Source of the DNA: Coriobacteriaceae bacterium | GTDB lineage: Bacteria > Actinomycetota > Coriobacteriia > Coriobacteriales > UMGS124 | NCBI GenBank assembly: GCA_019421015.1 | Contig: JAHZGC010000002.1 | Span: 1,619 to 65,618 of the forward strand | Direction: 5' to 3' | Length of the DNA: 64,000 bases | Part shown: positions 26,255-33,646 of the stretch, piece by piece | Numbering within the stretch: position 1 is the stretch's first letter | Layout: every line of letters begins with the position of its first letter | Made by a program: the position numbers and the translations under genes | The notes under the pieces: model-generated | Seen by the model: the letters and a program-made list of their open reading frames with translations, nothing else | Database searches by the model: none | What the model was told of the DNA's origin: nothing

Positions 26255-27568
26255 CTATGGCTTCAAACATCCCAGCGGCACCACATATACCCCGTCCGGC
26301 CTGCGATAGGCATAGTGCGTGGGGGTGATGACCAGCAAAAACGACGGCGCGCCCATCACATCGTGGTCGATGCGCCCGGCGAGCTTGAGGAGGTTTGCAG
26401 CCCCCTCGTCCACGAGCGATGCGCCCAGCTTGACCTCCACCAGGCCCCAACGTCCGTCCCGAAGCACGACCGCGGCGTCGGCCTCGAGGCCCGTTGCGTC
26501 GCGGTAGTGGAACACATCCCCTTTGAGCGTCTGGGCGTAGACCCGTAAATCGCGCACGGCCATTGACTCGAACAGGAGGCCCAGGGTGGGAAGGTCTTTG
26601 AGCAGGATCGCGGGGCTGGCTCCAAGTGCGGCCACCGCTAGGGAGGGGTCAACGAAGTGCCTGGTGGGGGTGGTCGCTATCCGGGTCTTTGAGCGTAGCG
26701 ACGGTGTCCAGGCCGGGAGGTCCTCAAAGACGTAGAGGGCTCGCAAGGCCGCCACATAGGAGTCCACCGTTCCGCGCGAGAGCTCGCTTTTTTGGGCCTT
26801 GATGGTTCCGCGAATGGTGGCCATGTCTGCTTGTGTGGCCGTGCACCGCGCGTAGGCCTGCATGATGAGGCGGGCGTACTGGGGATTTCTGCGGGCTCCG
26901 TCCACACGCGATACGTCTTCTTCGGCAACGGCCTCGATGTAGTCGTAGGCGGTTTCGAGCGCGTCTTCACCTCCGAGCACAACGGCTGCCGGCCATCCCC
27001 CACGGCATAGCGAGTAGACCATGGGTTCCAGGTTTCCGGGCGCTGAGCCGCGTATCTCTCCACCGTCAAAGAGCGTCGAAAGCGAGACTTCGCCGCTGGA
27101 CTCCTGCGATTCGAACAACGACATGGGTCTCATGGTGAGAAAAGAGAAGCGCCCTGTGCCCGAGTGCTTTGGACGCTCGTTGGCATGCAGGGGTGTTGCC
27201 GATCCCGTGAGGATAAAACGACTCTTTTCTCCGCTTTGATCGACGGCAAACCGTACGGCATCCCATAGTTGGGGGGCGACCTGCCACTCGTCGATGAGGT
27301 GCGGAGCCGCTCCATCCAAGAGCAACGACGGCTGGGCCTGCGCAGCAATCAGGTTGTTCTCGTAGCTGTTGGGGTCTTGCATGTAGACGGCACTGTTTGC
27401 CTGTCGGGTACAGGTGGCGGTTTTGCCGCACCACTTTGCCCCGCGAACGAGGACTGCGCCCGAGCGATTGAGTTTTCCGGTGAGTTCTTGGTCGGCAAAG
27501 CGAGGTAGATAAGCGGAAGGCAAGATAGCTCCAAAGCGTTGTAGTAAAATACCTGGTAAATAGCTCAA
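26255..27568 (-). CDS. AAA-type ATPase with DUF4143-like C-terminal region
   Basis: YLPRFADQELTGKLNRSGAVLVRGAKWCGKTA (Walker A-like GxxGxGKT variant) and overall similarity to the common stand-alone 'ATP-binding protein/DUF4143' family. TTG start is uncertain. Confidence 0.75.
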   Translation of the reverse strand: MSYLPGILLQRFGAILPSAYLPRFADQELTGKLNRSGAVLVRGAKWCGKTATCTRQANSAVYMQDPNSYENNLIAAQAQPSLLLDGAAPHLIDEWQVAPQLWDAVRFAVDQSGEKSRFILTGSATPLHANERPKHSGTGRFSFLTMRPMSLFESQESSGEVSLSTLFDGGEIRGSAPGNLEPMVYSLCRGGWPAAVVLGGEDALETAYDYIEAVAEEDVSRVDGARRNPQYARLIMQAYARCTATQADMATIRGTIKAQKSELSRGTVDSYVAALRALYVFEDLPAWTPSLRSKTRIATTPTRHFVDPSLAVAALGASPAILLKDLPTLGLLFESMAVRDLRVYAQTLKGDVFHYRDATGLEADAAVVLRDGRWGLVEVKLGASLVDEGAANLLKLAGRIDHDVMGAPSFLLVITPTHYAYRRPDGVYVVPLGCLKP

Positions 27569-27572
27569 TTGT

Positions 27573-27658
27573 GCAGATTGCAGCGTTTCCGTTAGGCAGA
27601 TTGTAGCACTTTCATTGTGCAGATTGCAGCGTTTCCGTTAGGCAGATTGCGGTCTGCC
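27573..27658. repeat. 23-bp tandem repeat x3.7 in divergent intergenic region
   Basis: GCAGATTG[C/T]AGC[G/A][T/C]TT[C/T]C[G/A]TT[A/G][G/T] units start at 27573, 27596, 27619 and 27642. Confidence 0.85.
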
Positions 27659-27737
27659 CCCTTCGCGCGCCGTCCTTCTCGCCCACGAACTGCGCTACAC
27701 TGGGCAGCCACTCCAAAATAATCGGGAGGAGGCCCCC

Positions 27738-29642
27738 GTGCCCGAGGACGTACCCAACGCGGCCACCGCGACCGTCGCAACCACTGAGCCCAATGTGCCC
27801 AATGCATCCACCGAGTTTGCCCCACCCACCGCGCCGGCGGACGCCCCCAGCGCGCCGTCGTCCGCGCGCTGGATAGCCTACCTCGTCAAATCCGCCGTGC
27901 TCATCGGCCTGCTGTACCTGTTCGCCCGCTGTGCGGGTATGCTGCCGCCGTTGGTCATCGCGTTGGTATGGGCGGTTCTGAGTGCCGTCTCGGCCGTGGG
28001 GCTTACCTACCACCGTGTGGTGCGCAAGACCCTCAAGCAGCACGAATACGCCGAGAAGGGCCTCCTCTCGCGGCTCAACAACGGGCGTGTGGTCTGCCTT
28101 GTGGTGTCGTTTGCCGCCTCGGCCTGGTGCATGGCGGGGCTTATCCTCGAAGCGCCTACCTGGGATTTGGCCGAGTGGGTCCTCATGGCGGTCGCCATAC
28201 CCCTCTACCTGGGCGTTTATCTGCTTGTGCAGCGCTGTCTGCGCCGTGAGTATAAGCCGGTGTACCGCGCTTCGAGGGTAACGCTGCTCAGCTGCACAAT
28301 CGCGGCCGTTCTGTTGGCTGCAGCCTATGCGGGCATCGGCCAGCTGCAGCCGGCCCAGACCTTCACCAGCGCGTCCGAGGCATTCCTCTCGGTGGATCAG
28401 CCTTTCGAGAGCTCCCCGTCCGCCCTGGCAACCGAGGCGGGCACGATATATGCGCTGGTCGACGGCTTTGCGGCCTACGGCACCGCGCGCGCAGCGGAAG
28501 CCTCGCCGGTCGGTTATGTCCTCTGCCGGGCGCTGCTGGTCTTCTCGGCCCTCTGCGGCGTTGCGAGCCTTCTGGGCCTGTGCTCCCTGCGCTGGTCCGA
28601 GCTCAAGCGTGTATTTCTGCCGCTCGATGCGGGTACCTCGCCGGATGCGGTGCCTACTCAGGTCGTGAAGCGCAACATCGTGGTGGCCGTCGTGCTGCCC
28701 GTCGCACTCGTGGGACTGTACACGGCGGCCGACTCCGCGGTTGCCAAGGCCGCCCAGACCCAGGAGTACACCGCGGCTCAGCTCTTCGTGCGCGACCAGG
28801 TTGACCTGGCCGTCTACGTGCTCGACGGCACTTACTACGAGTACCAGGCCGTGCAGGAGGCGCTCAACCAGGCCAAGCTCGACGCGGCGGCGCTGGCCGA
28901 GGAGGCCCAGGCGACCCTGGTGCCGCTGATCAACGCCTCCTACGACGCGCGCGTCGCCAACGTCGACGCCTACCTGGACTGGTACTACAGCCTCCCAGCC
29001 GACTACGAGCGCTTGCTGAGCCTCATCACCGGCTCGGTGGAGGAGTTCGCGCAGGACCAGTTCGTGGCGCAGATCGAGGCCGGCGTCGACGACACCGCCT
29101 TCGAGGCCCAGCTCCAAACCTACTGGGACCGCGCCGAGGCCCTCAAAGACAACCTTATGGAGCAGATCGCCGAATGCGAGATTGCCGGGATCCCGGAGTG
29201 GCTCCCCGAGGTAAAGGACGAGGTCACGGCCGACGCTTTGCTGGAGCCCCTTGAGCCGAGCGAGCAGTTTGCGAGCGCGGGCGAGCGCCTGCTGACCAGC
29301 GCCGGAACGGGCACGGCCGTGGGCGTGGGCACCGGCATCGCAGCAAAGAAGCTGGTAGGCAAGGTGGTGGAGAAGTCCTTCTTCAAGACGATCGTCTCCG
29401 AGATCACCAAGCGTCTGGGCTCCCGGGCCGTGGGGTCGGCGGTTGGCGGCGTTGTGGGTGCCGTGGGCGGTCCGGTTGGCGTCGTGGCGGGTGTTGCGGC
29501 CGGAGGGGCCGCAGGCGTCGGCGTGGACTACGGGCTGCTCAAGCTCGACGAGCTCTGGAACCGTGAGACCTACAAGGCCGAGGTCGTGCAGACCATCGAG
29601 GACGCCCGCGCCGAGATGCTCGCGGCGGTGGAGGGGGAGTAG
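27738..29642 (+). CDS. Large polytopic membrane protein with C-terminal glycine-zipper segment, unknown function
   Basis: GTG 27738 after GGGAGGAGG. Several hydrophobic helices in the first ~330 aa, then an acidic helical middle. C-terminal SAVGGVVGAVGGPVGVVAGVAAGGAAGVGV. Confidence 0.65.
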   Translation: MPEDVPNAATATVATTEPNVPNASTEFAPPTAPADAPSAPSSARWIAYLVKSAVLIGLLYLFARCAGMLPPLVIALVWAVLSAVSAVGLTYHRVVRKTLKQHEYAEKGLLSRLNNGRVVCLVVSFAASAWCMAGLILEAPTWDLAEWVLMAVAIPLYLGVYLLVQRCLRREYKPVYRASRVTLLSCTIAAVLLAAAYAGIGQLQPAQTFTSASEAFLSVDQPFESSPSALATEAGTIYALVDGFAAYGTARAAEASPVGYVLCRALLVFSALCGVASLLGLCSLRWSELKRVFLPLDAGTSPDAVPTQVVKRNIVVAVVLPVALVGLYTAADSAVAKAAQTQEYTAAQLFVRDQVDLAVYVLDGTYYEYQAVQEALNQAKLDAAALAEEAQATLVPLINASYDARVANVDAYLDWYYSLPADYERLLSLITGSVEEFAQDQFVAQIEAGVDDTAFEAQLQTYWDRAEALKDNLMEQIAECEIAGIPEWLPEVKDEVTADALLEPLEPSEQFASAGERLLTSAGTGTAVGVGTGIAAKKLVGKVVEKSFFKTIVSEITKRLGSRAVGSAVGGVVGAVGGPVGVVAGVAAGGAAGVGVDYGLLKLDELWNRETYKAEVVQTIEDARAEMLAAVEGE

Positions 29643-29841
29643 AGGACGCGTTCAGGGTAAAATCACCCACAGCCAAAAGGGGCGGTTTCGCGCGTGCGCG
29701 CCGACGTAGCGGAGGATTTGGGCTACGCCGAACCTGGCGATTTGGTCGTCGCCGCGACGAGCGAGCACGTCGAGGACGTTTGCAAGGCGGTCGATATCAA
29801 GAAGTCTATGCTCGAGAAGATGTTTGTTTAGGAGGGCGGGA

Positions 29842-30402
29842 ATGGAAAAGCTGATTCTGTTTCACGGTGCTCCTGACAAAGTCGTAGTGCCAACATACGG
29901 TAGGGGCGAAGAAAAGCACGACTACGGCCGTGGTTTCTACCTTACCGGAAGCCTAGACCTTGCGAAGGAATGGGCAGTTTGCAGGCCTAGTTAAGTGAAC
30001 GGCTGGGTTCATAAATATGAACTTGATACCAGTGATCTTAAAATCTTGGATTTTCAAAACGAGGGCGTTCTTCCTTGGCTTGCCGAGTTGATGAAGCATA
30101 GGGATGCGGCGGACTCCAAACGCTATCGCGTGCTCGCAAAGAAGTTTATCGATAAGTATGGCGTGGACACTGCCGGATTCGATGTCATCAAGGGCTGGCG
30201 GGCGAATGCCTCCTATTTTTATATTGCCAGGGAATTCGTGCGGGACAATATCGACATGGACATTCTCGAAGAATTACTTTCTTTGGGAGATTTAGGCATC
30301 CAGTACTGCATTAAATCAGAGCTTGCGTACTCCAAGCTCCATGAGCTCGAAAGCGATTTGCAGGCTGTGCCCTACGAAGAGTTTAACGAGAGGTATAACT
30401 AG
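29842..30402 (+). pseudogene. DUF3990-like (putative ADP-ribosyltransferase-fold) gene with in-frame TAA at codon 51
   Basis: MEKLILFHGAP...HDYGRGFYLTGSLDLAKEWAVCRPS-TAA(29992-29994)-VNGWVHKYELD... The same frame continues to 30402. GGAGGG SD before ATG 29842. Confidence 0.7.
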
Positions 30403-30494
30403 AGAGACGTTATTGCCAGGCGAAAGATGTGCGAACTTGTTGACTCCGACGCTAACCGTGTGACAAGGGTGTTCAGCACGCTATTTGAGGAGCG

Positions 30495-30920
30495 ATGACC
30501 ATGGGGGCATATGCACAAGACTATCTAAACGATGTGGTCGAAAATCAAGGTAAGCTCTTTGATATCATCGCTCAAACCCACCCCGAGGCCGACACCGAGG
30601 ATTTCATCAAGGCCTATATGGCAAGCAAGACGAGAAAAGGCATCGATGAGGGAAAAGCCTACGTTAATACCATGAGCGCCAAAGAGCTGTGGGCCTACTT
30701 TACCGAAACGGAAGGATATTCCCTGAAGCCCGGCAAGGCGCTTGATGGCTTTATGCCCGACTGGATTGGGGAGTTCTATGCCTACTATCAGTGGTATTAC
30801 GATATCCCAAGCAGCGAAGTGCTGAAAGAGGTGCCGCTTGAGTTTTTAAAGAAGGCCTACTGCGGCTTGCATGACCTAGAGCTTGACCTAGCGGTGCAAA
30901 AGGTCGGCGGAGCGAAATGA
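30495..30920 (+). CDS. Hypothetical protein; C-terminal half resembles DUF3791
   Basis: 141-aa ORF in the lower-GC island. GAGGAG SD (the start may be the second ATG at 30501). The tail ...AYCGLHDLELDLAVQKV resembles the Y-x2-LH end of DUF3791 proteins, which usually accompany DUF3990. Confidence 0.5.
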   Translation: MTMGAYAQDYLNDVVENQGKLFDIIAQTHPEADTEDFIKAYMASKTRKGIDEGKAYVNTMSAKELWAYFTETEGYSLKPGKALDGFMPDWIGEFYAYYQWYYDIPSSEVLKEVPLEFLKKAYCGLHDLELDLAVQKVGGAK

Positions 30921-31390
30921 GCATCGTCTGCTTTCATAATCCCGATGAAGACAACGGCTTCATGAGCAACTGGTATCTCTCGCGATTCGTTGTGGATGAC
31001 ATCGCGTTCTCTTCGGTGGAACAGTTCATGATGTACCGAAAGGCGGTCTGTTTCTGCGATGAACCTGCGGCGGAGCAGATACTCGCCACAGACGATGTGG
31101 CTCGGATTAAGACGCTCGGAAGGCTTGTGTCAAACTACGATGAGGGCCTTTGGAACGGTGTTCGGCAAATCGTTGTCTACGAGGGACTTCTGGCGAAGTT
31201 CTCGCAAAACGATGATTTAAGAGGGCGACTAAAGGCAACTGGCGATTCGGTGCTGGCGGAATGTGCTGTACAAGACAAGATTTGGGGTACTGGCCTGTCG
31301 ATGAAAGATCCCAATAGGTTTGATCAATCCAAATGGAAAGGCCAGAATTTGCTTGGGTATACCCTGATGATGGTGCGAGCTGCTACATAG
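30917..31390 (+). CDS. NADAR (YbiA/DUF1768) family protein
   Basis: GFMSNWYLSRFVVDDIAFSSVEQFMMYRKA...KIWGTGLS...GQNLLGYTLMMVR matches the NADAR pattern (F-S-N-[FW]-Y ... E-[HQ]-x-[FM]-x-x-x-K ... W-G). Overlaps the previous gene by 4 nt. Confidence 0.8.
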   Translation: MSIVCFHNPDEDNGFMSNWYLSRFVVDDIAFSSVEQFMMYRKAVCFCDEPAAEQILATDDVARIKTLGRLVSNYDEGLWNGVRQIVVYEGLLAKFSQNDDLRGRLKATGDSVLAECAVQDKIWGTGLSMKDPNRFDQSKWKGQNLLGYTLMMVRAAT

Positions 31391-31521
31391 AGCGTCTTGA
31401 GAACGCCTATGAGGATATTGACGGTCTGGTTGCGACCGGTAGGTATGCTTGGTGATACAAACGACGGCTCTTTGTGCCGCAATATATGCTGGCGGTCGGC
31501 TCTTCAGGGTAGTGCAATTGT

Positions 31522-31841
31522 ATGCAGATGTTCAAGGACCGTCAGGGCGACTTCTGGAAGAGCTGCACGGGCAACCTCAACTTCGGTGCCGCCGAGGGCG
31601 ACGGCATCAAGGCATGCCTGTGGGCCGGCGCATCACCAACGAGTCGATGGACGGCATCGTCACCGATGACGAGTACCGCGCGCTGACCCCCGAGGGAGAG
31701 GTCATCGAGGGCCTTTACGTGACCGGCAACGACTGCGGCTGCAACCACCTCGACAGCTATCCCAACCAGGGCGCCGGCACCTGCTGCGGCCGCAGCGCCG
31801 TAAACGGCATGCTCGTGGGCAAGGCTCTCGCCGCGAAGTAA
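31522..31841 (+). pseudogene. Flavoprotein reductase remnant (two non-contiguous pieces fused out of frame)
   Basis: ...NFGAAEGDGIKACLWAGA (a mid-protein motif) shifts frame near 31625 into ...GIVTDDEYRALTPEGEVIEGLYVTGNDCG...GRSAVNGMLVGKALAAK (the C-terminus). Confidence 0.6.
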
Positions 31842-31869
31842 GAGGCGCGGTTAAGGCCAAGACGCAAGA

Positions 31870-31916
31870 GGGCGCGGCCCCGGGGCAACTGCCTTCTGGG
31901 GTCGCGCCCGTTTTTT
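31870..31916 (+). terminator. Intrinsic terminator
   Basis: GGGCGCGGCCCCGG ... CTGGGGTCGCGCCC stem followed by GTTTTTTGG. Confidence 0.55.
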
Positions 31917-31967
31917 GGAGCGCGTGAGACTGAGGTCCTCTGCTGGCCGTTCTTCGCCGGTTCGCCC

Positions 31968-33416
31968 TTAACGCCGCACGTATCGGTAGGACTTGCCGAT
32001 TCGTACGTGCTCCAACTCCCCGGCTTCCTCTAGGCCCTTGAGGCGTTTTTGGGCGGCACGGACGCTTAGCCCAAAGCGCTGGTTCAGGAGCGCGGCCGTT
32101 ATAAAGCCGGCTTCGTTGCATGCTTCCAGGATAGTTGCGTTGTCGATGGGCTTAGTTGTCGCATGTTTTGCCGGAATAGCTTGCAGCGGGAGCTCCATGC
32201 GCACCTCAGCGGGGGCATGGGTCTCAAGAAGCAGGGGCTCCTGCCAGTCCATGGAGCGCCAGGTGGTAAAAATCTTGCAGATCCCGCTGCCGGCCCGATC
32301 GATAACCCCTACCTGCCCAAAGATTCTCATAAGGGTGGGGTTGCGCGGCTCAGAGAGGCCGCCTTCTATGGCGACTGCGCGGTCGACCAGGAACGACCCC
32401 GAATTCGTGACGGTCAGCCGGTCGGGATGCAGCACGACGCGCACGGTGCTGCTGCTTCCGTAGTAGGCGTGTACCAGCGCGTTGGCCATCGCTTCGTGTA
32501 CAGAGTCTTTGACGTCGTTTGACGATACGTGGCGCATGCCGGATGTGTCGACCTTAAAAGGCGTTGCGAGCGCGCGGTCGATGCGGTTGGCGACTGTGAA
32601 GTAGAAATCGACCAGGTTTCCGCTCCAATCGCCGCTGGTGGATACCACGCGGTCGTCCCAGCGGAGCTCCCCCGATGTTTCCTGGCGGTAGTCCAGCAGG
32701 AAGTGTGGAAAGAGCGCTGTGATGTCGTATTCGTTTCCAAAGGCTAGCAGCCCGGCTCTGGTGGGGCGCAGAAGACCGTCGGCATCCTTGGCTGCCGCGC
32801 CGATGTGGTAAAGAAAATCGGCGTCGGTGTCGGATCGCCAGGGATGCGTGGGCTTGTCGGCGGCAAACAGGGCGCGATAGGACGAGATTGTTTGGGAATT
32901 AAGGGAGTCGAGCGAAAGCTCGCGCAACGGCTGGCGATCGGCCGCGGGAATCGCGTCGTACTCCATGAGCCGGATATCGTCCTGACCGCATTGGATATCC
33001 GAGCTGCCGCGGCGTACGAACGCCACGAGAGCTTTCGCTCGACGGTTCCACACGGTAACCGGCCTGTCGGATCGTTCGGCACGTGGTACCGTAATGATAA
33101 CGACCGTGCTGTCGTTAATTTTGACCGAACGCACGCCGTCTGGCAGCATGACATCGCGGGAGACTTTGGACGGGTTGCGCACAACATCCCAGAAGGCTTT
33201 GATGAGGGTATCCGCGTCGGGCACCCCTTGAATCGTAAAGACGGACGGCCGCCCCTCCTGTGCCTCTTCACGAACGCCAAGGACGATTTCGCCGCCTTCG
33301 GTATTCGCGAACGCCGAATAGGTCTCCCAGATGTCCTCGGGGAGTCCGGCGAAGGCCTCTTTAAACTCTAGTTTTTGGTGCTCATGGAGGTTGTTGAGCT
33401 CGTTCATGAATGCCAT
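31968..33416 (-). CDS. AlbA_2 (Schlafen-like) / HATPase_c_4 putative DNA-binding protein ('RecG-like' regulator family)
   Basis: N-terminal HEHQKLEFKEAF...FANTEGGEIVLGV (AlbA_2). RNPTLMRIFGQVGVIDRAGSGICKI motif. C-terminal winged-helix-like tail. ATG 33416 after AAGAGG (the ORF track uses GTG 33422). Confidence 0.75.
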   Translation of the reverse strand: MAFMNELNNLHEHQKLEFKEAFAGLPEDIWETYSAFANTEGGEIVLGVREEAQEGRPSVFTIQGVPDADTLIKAFWDVVRNPSKVSRDVMLPDGVRSVKINDSTVVIITVPRAERSDRPVTVWNRRAKALVAFVRRGSSDIQCGQDDIRLMEYDAIPAADRQPLRELSLDSLNSQTISSYRALFAADKPTHPWRSDTDADFLYHIGAAAKDADGLLRPTRAGLLAFGNEYDITALFPHFLLDYRQETSGELRWDDRVVSTSGDWSGNLVDFYFTVANRIDRALATPFKVDTSGMRHVSSNDVKDSVHEAMANALVHAYYGSSSTVRVVLHPDRLTVTNSGSFLVDRAVAIEGGLSEPRNPTLMRIFGQVGVIDRAGSGICKIFTTWRSMDWQEPLLLETHAPAEVRMELPLQAIPAKHATTKPIDNATILEACNEAGFITAALLNQRFGLSVRAAQKRLKGLEEAGELEHVRIGKSYRYVRR

Positions 33417-33526
33417 GGGCACCTCTTCTTTGCCGGTCGGTTGTCTCCCATAATACGCCCGATTATGGCTGGCTATGGCGGTACTGCCCGGGATATCGAC
33501 GTTCTCTATGAGCGTGTTTGCGCCCT

Positions 33527-33646
33527 GTTCGCGAACGGTTCGCGCACGGCTGCCCTGTTCGCGAACGGTTCGCGCACGGACGCCCGGTTCGCGAACGGTT
33601 CGCGCACGGACGCCCGGTTCGCGAACGGTTCGCGAACGGACGCCTA
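33527..33646. repeat. 30-bp tandem repeat x4 containing palindrome GTTCGCGAAC
   Basis: Units start at 33527, 33557, 33587 and 33617. Each unit reads GTTCGCGAACGGTTCGCG[C/A]ACGG.... The last unit overlaps the PFOR stop codon. Confidence 0.9.

Noticed and set aside
29694-29831. 45-codon ORF (GTG start) just upstream of the DUF3990 gene. A 40-codon ORF at 31333-31455 overlapping the NADAR 3' end was also considered.
   Set aside because: Both are too short with no convincing SD. The second may be a leftover C-terminal piece of a DUF3791-like gene (...ERLENAYEDIDGLVATGRYAW), but I cannot support that.
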